This document shows positions 12,527-24,870 of a stretch of 64,000 nucleotides of DNA, one piece after another. The DNA is from Octopus sinensis (lineage: Eukaryota). The DNA lies in NCBI RefSeq assembly GCF_006345805.1, contig NC_043004.1:51212001-51276000 (forward strand), given 5' to 3'. The translations under genes and the position numbers were made by a program. The notes below the pieces were generated by a model that worked only from the letters and a program-made list of their open reading frames with translations, searched no databases and was not told the DNA's origin. Within the stretch, counting starts at the first letter, position 1. Every line of letters starts with the position of its first letter.

Positions 12527-13960
12527 GTTGGCACTTGTCATTGGTAGTGCAGTTTGGAAAGCACAGTTCTGTACATTTCAGAGCAAATCTATCTATAACA
12601 ACCGAACAACTACCACTTCCTATGACACACAGTGGAATGAGGGTGGGTAACAAACCTGGCTTAAATGGTATTCTGATCAATTTGGATTAATAAGAAAACT
12701 TTGGACTGCATCAGCTATCATCACTTGACAATTATCTTTAGTACAGGTAGTTTCAGTCCCGTCTTTTCACTTTTTTATGGTTGGACTCATCAATATACAA
12801 GTGGAATCTATTTGGTGATTGGACTAAGTGATCACCAATCAAAATCATTTTGAATTACAAATTTGATCTATCAAATATGACCTCTCTCTCATCTCATAAC
12901 TTTATTGTTTTACTAGCAGTATCGCCCGGCGTTGCTCGGGTTTGTAAGGGAAATAACTATATAAGCATTTTTAGAGAGTTATAGCCAAAAAATAGCAAAG
13001 AAATGCATTAAAAATGGAAAAAAAATTATGGTAAACTTTTTTTTAAATCGTTGACTCATCGTAGACATTTTTAGAGAGTTACTTCCCTTATATAATAGCG
13101 AAAAAATGCATTAAAATGGAATAAAATGATGGTAAATTATTTTTAAAATCGTAGACTCATCATAGACGCGCGCTAATACCCAGAAGGGCTCGATATGAAT
13201 CACGACTATAAGATACCCGGTTTTGATTAAACTGCACCGCAAAATGTGGGAGTAGTTAGGAATGTAAATCGTAGGAGACAGACACACAACTTCTCTTTTA
13301 TATATAAAGATATGCTAATTCTCAAGCAGAAACTAGTGTTGTCAAAGAGTAATCTATTTGAATTGGGGCATGAGAGAGCTGTGGCAGCCCATGTGAATAT
13401 CATTATAGCAGTGTCAGACATCATAGAGATTGAAGTGGTCAGTACCATTCTAAAAAGTAAAAGGCAGTGATCAAAGCAAAAATCAATTTCGAGAAGTCAG
13501 TTTATTTGCAACTCCACATCTGGAGAGGAAAGACCATGTCACCAGTGTGGACTGACATCTAGCTAAGCTGCTTGTAGTTCTGGTTAAATCTGGACCTCCA
13601 TATAGATAAGAACTGAGACAAGATTACAAATAAGGTGGCTAGACTCGTCCAGTAATGGGCTGAAAGGAAGCTATCCTTGAAATGTTAGGCACAGGTGGCA
13701 ATCATTTATTACAGCTTGACCATTGCAGCCAACTTCAGTTCTTGTCAGACCAAATTAGACTCTCTGCTCTTTTCTTGTTAATTGCTCCTTGCTGAGGGAC
13801 ACATAAGACTGATCAGACAGTTATCAGCTGCCTCTGTGCAGGGGACTTAGTCCTATGGCTAAAAATTTGCAAACATACACTGAGGATACAATATCTGAAG
13901 AAGTTAACCAATGGTCAGTTATGTATGGTCACCTTTGGTCAGGTACATTTTCTATCTACT
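11630..13960 (+). mobile_element. Old Tx1/L1 ORF2 relic interrupted by a family C repeat and a Helitron
   Basis: Collinear similarity to ~48550-50250 (gcactttgttcaaatgtttgg, aatgctgagttaaagactttg, tgatcaatttgga, ggacctcca..gataagaactg, tgggctgaaaggaagctatccttgaaa). Confidence 0.75.
12913..13310 (-). mobile_element. Non-autonomous Helitron
   Basis: Minus strand A|TC...cccgagcaacgccggg hairpin...CTAG|T; no TSD. Confidence 0.85.
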
Positions 13961-13989
13961 TTGCTTTTATCACTAATAGATGACCACAC

Positions 13990-14295
13990 AGAGTGGCTTA
14001 GTGGTTAGGGTATTCAGTTCATAATTGTAAGGTCATGAGTTCAATTCTCAGTGGCATATTGTGTCTCTTCTGCAAGACACTTTATTTCACATTGCTCTAG
14101 TTGACTCACCTGGCAAAAATTAGATGTACCTGTATTTCAAAGGGCCAGCTTTGTTACATTGTGTCATGCTAAATCTCCCTGAAAAGTATGTTAAGGGTAC
14201 ACATGTCTGTGGAGTGCTATAATTAATTTCATGGGCAGGCTGTTTCATTGATCAGACCAACTGGAACCCTTGCTACCATAACCAACTGTGTGCTA
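13990..14295 (+). mobile_element. tRNA-derived SINE family D
   Basis: TGGCTTAGTGG A-box, GAGTTCAATTC B-box, caagacactttatttcac core; other copies 27553-27935(+), 28490-28750(-), 40788-41100(-). Confidence 0.75.
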
Positions 14296-14967
14296 GTTGT
14301 GTGTGTGTGTGTGTGTGTAGTCATTTGACAAATAAACCCTAGGACATAGTTCTCTTGTAAACCTAGAACTTATTCTATCAGTTTCTTTTGCCAAACTGAT
14401 AAGTTATAGGGATGTAAACACACCAACACCAGTTGTCCAGTGGTGGTGAGGGAGAAACACAGACACAAAGATACACACACATAGATATATACATTTATGT
14501 GTATAATGGGCTGCTTTCAGTTTCCATCTACCAAATCCACTCACAAGGCTTTGGTTGGCCTGAGGTTATAGTACAAGACACTTGCCCAAGACACTGTGCA
14601 ATGGGACTGAACCTGAAACTATGTGGTTGGGAAAAAAGCTTCTTACCACGTACCCACACCTGTAGACATGTTTGTGTGTGTGTGTATATATATATATACA
14701 GTATATATATATACAAAATAAGAAAATGAAGGAATACACTTTAATCAATCATCAACTACCAGACAATACCCATTCACATAATTTATAAACCAACTACATA
14801 GGAACATGTATACGCATGCACACTTTTGGTTTTTTCTATGATGTAACGGAATATTTTTTCATTATATATGTGTTTGTTGAGCTATAATGTATTGTATTGT
14901 ATTATATTATTATGTTATTATATTATTATATTATTATGTTGCTGCATTCTATGTGTTATTTTCCATC

Positions 14968-15008
<41 letters not shown>

Positions 15009-15257
15009 GCCTTTTGTAACTTAATACAATTATCTCTGGACTTTGTATATGTACACTTTCATGTGGATGTATGTATATTCTAATATATTGATTTGACTAA
15101 CTGTAACCTTATATGTATGTATATTATTATGTATATACTTATATATATATGTAGGTGCATGTATATATACACTTATATGTACGTGTATATTATGTATATG
15201 TACTTATTCTTGTATATGTGTACCTTCTCCTATATTCATATTTGAATTGTACTTTAT

Positions 15258-15385
15258 AATCTCTGAGAAGCCTTGGGATATATATGTAAGTATCTCATTT
15301 ATAACCACATATTACCTTAACACACCTGGCTAATATGAGCATAATGAGATTTTCCTATCTACATGGCTGAAACAGCTGTAAGTTC
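15258..15385 (+). ncRNA. Degenerate second copy of long-stem-II HHR motif
   Basis: ctCTGAGAAGCC...ATCTCATT...AATGAGAT...GGCT-GAAA-CAGCTG-TA-ag; downstream ~200 nt similar to 7885-8118. Confidence 0.5.
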
Positions 15386-15760
15386 TAGTTTATATTTATA
15401 TTTATTTATACGTATTGTACTTATGGTATCATATTACTCATTGATGTGTACTGTTTTGTTCTGTATTATTGTGTTTGATCCTGATGTTCCTATGTAGTTG
15501 GTTAATAAATTATGTGAATGGGTATTATCTGGTAGTTGATGATTGATTAAAATATATTCCTCCATTTTCTTATTTTGTATTATGAATTTGAGGTAAAACA
15601 TTTTACCTTCGCCCATATAATACAATAAATGAATTAATTGCATTGCAATTCTTAGCATTTATATATTAACTTGACTGGGTGCTTTACTAGCAGTATATTG
15701 GATATATGTTATCCCATAGAGGGTTACACTCACAACCCCTATCTCACTTTGTAATTTCAG

Positions 15761-15820
<60 letters not shown>

Positions 15821-16666
15821 TGCGCAGGTGGCACATAAAAAACACCATTTGAGCATGGCTGTTGCCAGTACCGCCTGACTGGCCCTCATGCTGGTGGCAC
15901 GTAAAAGCACCCACTACACTCTCGGAGTGGTTGGCGTTAGGAAGGGCATCCAGCTGTAGAAATTCTGCCAGATCAGATTGGAGCCTGGTGCAGCCATCTG
16001 GTTCACCAGTCCTCAGTCAAATCGTTCAACCCATGCTAGCATGGTAAGCGGACATTAAACGATGATGATGATGATGATGTCCAGTAACGCTGCCGTAATC
16101 TCCTTTAGAGAGACTTAGTAATTTTAATATTTCTATTATTGAAAACAAGTGGATGTATTCCACTGAAACTAGGTAAATAAAGCCTTCGAACTGGGACGAT
16201 CAGTAGCAACACCTGCAAGTCTGACCACGCTGCATTGATAAGGGGCAACAACCCTGAAACGTCGTCTAGCTGTCTGACTGGCAGGATGAAGCGACTGACC
16301 TCCCTTGTTCGAAGGTTTGTAATGGACGCAGGTTCGTGTGTCAAATAGCTAGCTTGAGGCGGTGGCCTCTTGGAGCTAACCAGCGACAGCTTTAGTCTTA
16401 TATTTACAAGACTGCCATATTAGTATGGCGATAACTATTAATTTATATATATATATATATATGATTCTGTGTAAAAACCAATTTGTCTGGAGCCCAACCA
16501 TGGATTTACAATATAGAATTGTGATGAACTATAAACTTGGACTCTGCCGTAAGGATACTTGGAGTTCTTCACTAATCTAAACAATATTGTTATCTGGGTA
16601 TACCAACAGAGTGCTTATGAAGTATTTTGCCCGAATTGATAATCCCTCACTATTAGCTGTATATAT

Positions 16667-16883
16667 ACTCTTACTCTCTTTACTCTTTTACTTGTTTCAG
16701 TCATTTGACTGCGGCCATGCTGGAGCACCACCTTTAGTCGAGCAAATCGACCCCGGGACTTATTCTTTGTAAGCCCAGTACTTATTCTATCAGTCTCTTT
16801 TGCCGAACCGCTAAGTGACGGGGACGTAAACACACCAGCATCGGTTGTCAAGCAATGCTAGGGGGACAAACACAGACACACAA

Positions 16884-16914
<31 letters not shown>

Positions 16915-17077
16915 CATATATACGACAGGCATCTTTCAGTTTCCGTCTACCAAATCCACTCACAAGGCATTGGTCGGCCCGGGGCTATAACAGAAGACAC
17001 TTGCCCAAGATGCCACGCAGTGGGACTGAACCCGGAACCATGTGGTTGTTTAGCAAGCTACTTACCACACAGCCACA
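16667..17077 (-). mobile_element. SINE family A
   Basis: Reverse complement of 23461-23853, high similarity. Confidence 0.85.
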
Positions 17078-17652
17078 TATATATGTCTACTTCTAGATAT
17101 ATACAGGTCTGTTGTTTTGGACCAAACAGCCAACTATACATTAGTGTGGTTGCAGTGTCAAGCAAAGCCTATAATTCTATGTGAGATACACTAAGTTACT
17201 AAACCAAACAACTACTTACTAATTAGGTAGCAATCATGAAAGTACATTTAGGCATCGAAATATTTGGTGTGACGTAATGAAATAGCTATGTAACTGTATA
17301 ACTCAAATTCTGACTACTTATGTGAAATCATGAATATCGGTAAGATTCTTCCTAGATGCTTATCATTTCCACCATCACCATTATCATCATTTTTGTCATA
17401 GTCAAATACCAGCACCTTCACCATCAACATCAGCATCACTGCAATCACTATCAATAACCAACGCCGCAATCATCATCATTCCAAAGATACCACCTTCATC
17501 ATCATTGTAACCATCAATACCTATATATATATATATAGATAAATAGATAGATAGATAGATACATACATACATAAATATACAGACAGACACACATATACCT
17601 ACACATACATACATATATATTTATGTACCCACACACACATACAAACATATAT

Positions 17653-17861
17653 ACTCTTACTCTTTTACTCTTTTACTTGTTTCAGTCATTTGACTGTGGC
17701 CATGCTGGGGCACCGCCTTTAGTCGAGCAAATCGACCCCGGGACTTATTCTTTGTAAGCCCAGTACTTATTCTATCGGTCTCTTTTTGCCGAACCGCTAA
17801 GTTACGGGGACGTAAACACACCAGCATCGGTTGTCAAGCAATGCTAGAGGGACAATCACAG

Positions 17862-17892
<31 letters not shown>

Positions 17893-18063
17893 CATATATA
17901 CGACAGGCTTCTTTCAGTTTCCGTCTACCAAATCTACTCACAAGGCATTGGTCGGTCCGGGGTTATAGCAGAAGACACTTGCCCAAGATGCCACGCAGTG
18001 GGACTGAACCCGGAACCATGTGGTTGGTTAGCAAGCTACTTACCACACAGCCACTCCTGCGCC
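17653..18063 (-). mobile_element. SINE family A, full length
   Basis: GGCGCAGGAGTGGCTGTGTGG head, GGTTCAGTCCC B-box, aaagagta tail. Confidence 0.85.
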
Positions 18064-18939
18064 TATATATAGATATATAGATATATATAGATATATACAT
18101 AAAAACACACACGCCCACACATATATGTATATATATGTGTGTGTGAGTGTGTGTGTGTGTGTGTGTATACATACATATGGCTTTATGTATGTTTATATAT
18201 GCATATATGTGTATATGTATATATATGTATGTGTGTGTATATTTATGTATGTATGTATTGATTATTTGCTGGTGCATTTGGCAAACATCTTTATGAGAGG
18301 AAGTAAAGATGACTAAACCCAGAGTAGTATATTACTGCTATCTCTATTAGCACCACATCTTGGAATGCTGAATGTAAAGCTTGAGTGACTAGCTAGCTGC
18401 CTAGTAAAGTATCTATTTGCTCCTGTATATTTTTCAGTTTATCCATTAATCACTCTGTTTCTCCATTCACCTGCCTACCTGTTGCCCATCTACCTGTGTA
18501 GCTCTCTCTCACTCTCTCATACGCTCTCTCTTTCACTCTCTCTCTCTCTCTTTCTCTCTCTTTTTAACTTTTGCCTAGGGCGAGCCCATAGCAATATCAT
18601 ATCTTCTCCACTATTTCAGTATTACGTGTTAAAAGTGAAACAAAAACGTTTCTCTATTTTATGTCAGATACTTTCACTTTAACAATAAAAATAATAATAA
18701 CAATTGAATTATATGTAGTAAGTAATAATTAAAATCAAACTAAAGTAACATGACAAAAGTAAAAATAGCAATTGGTATAAAATTGCATCAATGATTTGAA
18801 CTTGAATAAGTGGTTTCACATGAATGGGAATAAATTAAAAATAAAATTAGTGTGCAGAAATGGAATAGTCCAGATGGATAATAAAAAATTAAATTAAAGA
18901 AAAGACTATTGTCTATAAAGTATACAATGTAGAGAAAAA

Positions 18940-19270
18940 AGATTTGAACACGTGGAGGAAAGCACCTTCGAAAAATGTCTTGGTGCGACTATGAAAGGTA
19001 TCTAATCAGAGGCGGTAAATTTGCCACAATAGAAGCAAGGTTCGAGTCAATGGAGTGTGCAAGGGAGTACTCGAATCGAACTTGCAAAGTGGAAATATTT
19101 TATTTTTACCTTTATATCTGGGACGTAGAACGTCCCGGAAAAAAATTTAAAATGCCCCCTCCCCCAGAAGTAGAGGTAGGCTGGATTGTAGCCACACTTC
19201 TATACAAGAGGGAGGACAAGATCCAATTGATCGAAATTACAAGAGACGGGCTAACAATTCCAGTCTGTTA
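18940..19270 (+). mobile_element. Tx1/L1 ORF1 relic
   Basis: YLIRGGKFATIEARFESMECA..PPEVEVGWIVATLL aligns with YVTKGKRFGTVEVRFPTEEKA..PPELDISWLVEAVL of the ORF at 46405. Confidence 0.6.
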
Positions 19271-19469
19271 TATATTTTGAGTATTGTTATCACTAGTGAT
19301 ATCAAGACATAACTTTGTATTTCGTATTTTATGTGTAGATGTATATATATAGATGTAAATGTAATATGTACACATATATACATGCACTAGCACTATCACC
19401 CGGCAACGACGGGTCTTTAATGCTAGTATAAACACTCACACACACATTGGATAGACTTCTTTCAGACTA

Positions 19470-19510
<41 letters not shown>

Positions 19511-20002
19511 GGTCACAGAAAACGAGAAAGCAACCATACTCTGGGATATGCCGATACACACAGATAGAGAAATTAAGGCCAACAGACCAGATATAGTTGT
19601 CAGAGACCATGAAGAAAAAAAATGCTTTCTAATTGATGTATCAATACCGGCTGGTGACAACGTGTCTCTAAAAGAAATGGAGAAACTCTCAAAATACAAA
19701 GACCTGGAAATAGAGGTAACTAGAATGTGGAATCTGAAAACAGAAACAATTCCTATCATAGTAGGTGCATTAGGCATGATAAAAAAATATTCAGACAAAT
19801 ACATAACAAAAACACCAGGACTTACAAACACATATAACATACAGAAAATTGCACTACTAGGCACTGCACACATCCTACGCAGAACACTTTCCATACAATA
19901 ACCATCAGAGCATCACAACAAATCACAGCACATACCCAAGGCACACAGAGCTGCGCTCGGTAGTGAAGTGAAAGCACGCTATAAAAATAAAACTACTGAA
20001 TA
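19511..20002 (+). mobile_element. RLE LINE 3' end (endonuclease domain), young copy
   Basis: RPDIVV..IDVSIP..EKLSKY PD-(D/E)xK-type domain; (TAA)n on both sides; 1 aa difference from the copy at 53265-53618. Confidence 0.9.
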
Positions 20003-20019
20003 ATAATAATAATAATAAT

Positions 20020-21335
20020 CTTATTATTCAATTACTGAAATATGTAATCTTGACAGAAAAATACGAAAACTGTTGACAATGCATAGAATGCACCACCCTA
20101 AGGCAGATATAGAACGACTTTATCTGCCAAGAAAAGAGGGAGGCCATGGACTATTACAACTGGCAATAACAATGAAGAATGCTACAATTGGCCTAGACAC
20201 CTACCTGAAAAACTCTGAGGACTGGATGTTAAAACTCAGTAAAAAAAAAACAGGCAAAGGAATATCTAAGTGAATTCCGAATACAACAAATTTCGGAATT
20301 AGACATACAAGAAACAAGCACAGAAAAAGCTAAACGCATGAAAACCCATGCTAAAACTGCTGCCTTAGATATTCTGAATGATAAGTGGCAAGAAAAACCT
20401 CTTTATGGTAAATACCCAAAGAGAGCGAATAATGCAGATGTTGACAAAGCCCTGACCCATCAATGGCTTATGGCCTCTGGCTTAAAATCGGAAACAGAAA
20501 GGTTTATCATAGCAGCTCAAGATCAATGCCTACCAACAAGGAACTACCAGGCCAACATATTAAAGATCGGCAGTAGCCCAACATGTCGTGTACGTCAACA
20601 ACAAAGTGAAACCATTGATCATGTTATCTCCAAGTGCAGTCTTCTAGTGCCTACAGAGTATCTCAACAGGCATGATAGAGCAGCACAATATATTCACTGG
20701 GTAATCTGCAAAAACCTGGATTTGCCCCATGAAAAAAACTGGTGGGAACACAAACCACCTCCAGTGCTTGAAAATGACCACATTTCACTCCTCTGGAACT
20801 TCACCATTCAAACTGACAGAAAGATAGATGCAAATAGGCCAGACATCATATTGAAAGACTTCAGACAAAGAACATGCCTCCTCATTGATATGATTGTCCC
20901 AATCGATATAAACGTATCTGTCAACCCTACCAAAAACTGAGCAAATATAAAGATCTTGAAATAGAAATCAGCAAAATGTGGAACTTGAAGACTAAAACAA
21001 TACCTGTTGTCATAGGTGCCCTGGGAATGATAGCAAAAGGGGCTGATCGCAACTCAGATACCAGGAAACTCAAAATGGCAGAAATTCAAAAGATAGTGCT
21101 CATGGGAACTGCTCATATCCTTCGCAAAATACTTTTTATGTAACCTCAAGTTTTAAAACAAACACAACTTTCGCTTTTTTTTTTTTTTAGGCATTCACTA
21201 GTACAACACTAAATACAAAACCAAATATATGGCACACTAGGCATTGCAATACGAACTTCCAACCTGTTGCCTCTCGAGGTCTCTGGGTGAGACTTGGAGC
21301 CAACTTGTACAAATATAAAGCAAAAGTCAAACATA
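20020..21335 (+). mobile_element. RLE LINE 3' half, second subfamily
   Basis: MHHPKADIERLY, LKSETE..IIAAQDQ, degenerate CCHC, RHD, RPDIIL; ends in (TAA)n. Confidence 0.88.
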
Positions 21336-21345
21336 CAATAATAAT

Positions 21346-21396
<51 letters not shown>

Positions 21397-21572
21397 CCTT
21401 TCTACTGAAAGGCCTGAAATTTGGGAGAGGGGTATAGTCAACTACAATGACCCCAATATTCAACTAGTACTTATTTGATTGACCCTTGTAGAATTTAAGC
21501 TCAGAACATGAAGACAGACAAAATACTGCTAAGCATTTCACCACGCTAACTATCGATTCTGTCAGCTTGCTG

Positions 21573-21603
<31 letters not shown>

Positions 21604-21900
21604 GCACTGCTCTCTCACTCAATAATAATAATAATAATAAAGGTTTAAAATTTTGACACAAGGCCAGCAATTGTAGGGGAGCAGGTAAATAAATTACATC
21701 AATACCAGTGTTCAAGCTGTACTTATTTTATCAACTCTGAAAGGAGGAAAAGCAAAGTTGACCTCAGCAGAATTTGAACTCAGAATGTATAGACAGATGA
21801 AATGCTGCTTAGCATTTTCCCCAGCATGCTAACAACTCTGCCAGCTCACAGCCTCAATGATGATGATGATGATGATGAAAATGATAATGAAAATAATGAA

Positions 21901-21931
<31 letters not shown>

Positions 21932-22085
21932 GTTTATCTTGATATGAGATCACCATGTCGCGCACATATGATTGTGATGCATGTGCCTAGTGTACCCATA
22001 TCAGACGGGTAGTCATGATGGGTATATTGGGCTTCGTATATTTTACCCCAGTGTCACTTTGATGGCATGAACTGCTCTCTCACAC

Positions 22086-22136
<51 letters not shown>

Positions 22137-22472
22137 AAAGTAGGAGGAAAGCCACTCCTTTACTTGAATGAATCATTACTGAGGGGGAAAAGAAAAGTAA
22201 TGGCCTTGAAGAGTAACATAATACAAGGAAGGAATAGCAGAATAAAAGCCATGAGGTATGTCTTCAGTGGTTGATCTAGGTTGTGTTAGTTCAAAGATTG
22301 CAAGGCATAACAGAGAGTTAGATAGAACCGGATATAAACAGAAATACTGTATGCTTTCTGTCCTTTTATATATACCAGTTGGGTTTGTACAGTATTCTTA
22401 TTGTTGCTGCTGGTGGTGGGGGTGGTAGTCCCCCCATCACTGTTGCTTAGACATGACATGTGTGCATGTGTG

Positions 22473-22513
<41 letters not shown>

Positions 22514-22536
22514 TGCACAATATCATTGCTCTAGAT

Positions 22537-22755
22537 CAGTGGTTTACAACGAGGGTTCCGCGGAACCTTAGGGTTCCGCCAGTACAGTGCAGGGGTTCCG
22601 CAAGAAGTTACAAAACTGCTAAAATCGGCAGTAATTTTTAATTCTCCTGTGCAGATATGTGTGCATAAGACTATTAAATTATTGCACAGGGGTTCCTCAA
22701 GCCAGTGGAATGTTTCCCTGGGGTTCCACTCCAGCAAAAAGTTTGAAAAGCACTG
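22537..22755. mobile_element. hAT (Charlie-like) MITE
   Basis: CAGTG...CACTG termini; 8-bp TSD CTCTAGAT fits the NTCTAGAN target preference. Confidence 0.88.
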
Positions 22756-23064
22756 CTCTAGATATATTGTACTTTCCCTTGGTTTCCCTGATCTAGATGA
22801 GGACTTTGATTAATTAATAACAACTAATCCTTTCTAACTAAATTAAATCAAAAATAAAATTTATAATATAAGAAAAACCAGCTTTGATTTTACAAGTTTA
22901 AACTGAGACCATGTAAAATTTTCTTAAAATTTGAGCTGATTTGCCAGATAAAAACTTTACACCTGAAGGTGACTTTTGCCATCTGCTGTATAGAGTGACA
23001 AGCTGAATGTGCACTTTATCCACTATCCTCTTTATTTCTGCACTTGTATTGTCTTGTTGTTTAA

Positions 23065-23285
23065 CCCTTTTGTTACCAACCCGGCTGAAACCGTCTCTGG
23101 CTCTGTTGTACAAATGTCTTATTTTCTTAAGGTTTCAATTAAAATCTTCCACCAAATCTTAGTCACAATTTATGTTCCAAACAGTGGCTTAATGATAACT
23201 AAGTTATTTTACTAAATTCTTTGTTATATTTAAAATAATTGGAAGAAACACAAAGCATCTCAAAATAAATACGGTAATGAAAGGG
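23065..23285. mobile_element. piggyBac-like MITE
   Basis: TTAA|CCCTTT...AAAGGG|TTAA. Confidence 0.8.
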
Positions 23286-23460
23286 TTAACTCCAAGTCAG
23301 ACATAATCTATTATTCAGCCATTTAGTATTTGAACTGGCCACATCCAGTCAAAATATTCTACTTGCTTAATGATCAAGCTGGCCTCCTGCACCGATTCAG
23401 CAATATCATTCTAAAAAAAAAAAATGCTCACTTCATCAAAATTTCAAAAGTATGAGATAA

Positions 23461-23853
23461 GGCGCAGGAGTGGCTGTGTGGTAAGTAGCTTGCTAACCAA
23501 TCACATGGTTCCGGGTTCAGTCCCACTGCGTGGCATCTTGGGCAAGTGTCTTCTGCTATAGCGCCGGGTCGACCAATGCCTTGTGAGTGGATTTGGTAGA
23601 CGGAAACTGAAAGAAGCCTGTCGTATATATGTATATATATGTATGTGTGTCTGTATTTGTCCCCCTAGCATTGCTTGACAACCAATGCTGGTGTGTTTAC
23701 GTTCCCGTAACTTAGCGGTTTGGCAAAAGAGACCGATAGAATAAGTACTGGGCTTACAAAGAATAAGTCCCGGGGTCGATTTGCTCGACTAAAGGCGGTG
23801 CTCCAGCATGGCCGCAGTCAAATGACTGAAACAAGTAAAAGAGTAAAAGAGTA
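23461..23853 (+). mobile_element. SINE family A, full length (reference copy)
   Basis: tRNA-like head, internal (TA)n, aaagagta tail; more copies at ~14370-14660, 25905-26310, 28065-28459, 31460-31850, 33285-33692, 34149-34790. Confidence 0.88.
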
Positions 23854-24039
23854 ATACATGATTAACTCAAAATGATGTGAATAAATAAGCATTACACGTG
23901 ACAGAGTAACCTGAATGCAAAAGGGTCACAAGTAATCCAATCATGATCACTATATGTATACACACACACACACACACACACTCATAGTCAAGTGCTTGAG
24001 TAACATCTTATAGTTTCACCTTGTAGCCATCATATTCAA

Positions 24040-24117
24040 GGCTCTGATGATGCCATGTGTTACACAGGCACTCAACAATGAGTCCACTGCATCTTATGGC
24101 AGAAAAAGCTGCAAGCT
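24040..24117 (+). ncRNA. HHR-like motif, degenerate
   Basis: GGCT-CTGATGA-TGCCAT-[39 nt]-ATGGCA-GAAA-AAGCTG-CA-AGCT; intact 5' core and 6-bp stem II, mutated cleavage triplet. Confidence 0.55.
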
Positions 24118-24413
24118 AATGAAGTTCATAAGATAATCGCTTATTCCTTTGTCATCTCATTTCCTTATATATATAAACATATATATCATCATCATCATCA
24201 TCATCATAGTTAAACGTCCACTTTCCATGCTAGTATGGGTTGGACGGTTTTGACTGAGGACTGGCAATGGCCACACTCAAATGGTGATATTTGATGTGCC
24301 ACATGCACAGGAGCCAGTCCAGTGGCGCTGGCAACAACCTCGCTCGAATGCTGTTATTCACATGCCAGTAAGACAACGCTGGTAATGGTCACACTCGAAT
24401 GGTGCTCTTAGCG

Positions 24414-24415
<2 letters not shown>

Positions 24416-24479
<64 letters not shown>

Positions 24480-24518
24480 ATGTATATATACATATACATA
24501 TATATAAATACATATATA

Positions 24519-24550
<32 letters not shown>

Positions 24551-24687
24551 CATATAGATACATACACATATATATATATATATAATATACACACATATAC
24601 ATACATACATACATACATACATATACATACATATATATATATATATATAATATACACACATATACATACATATATACACACACACAT

Positions 24688-24719
<32 letters not shown>

Positions 24720-24748
24720 CACATATATATATATATATAAATATACAC

Positions 24749-24806
<58 letters not shown>

Positions 24807-24815
24807 TATATATAT

Positions 24816-24866
<51 letters not shown>

Positions 24867-24870
24867 ATAT
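24416..24870. repeat. (TA)n/(TACA)n microsatellite
   Basis: Direct reading. Confidence 0.95.

Noticed and set aside
19386-19426. Isolated Helitron-like 3' hairpin plus CTAG
   Set aside because: No identifiable 5' TC end or body; too short to call
23461-23535. tRNA genes at SINE heads
   Set aside because: No complete cloverleaf; each runs into a multi-copy SINE body
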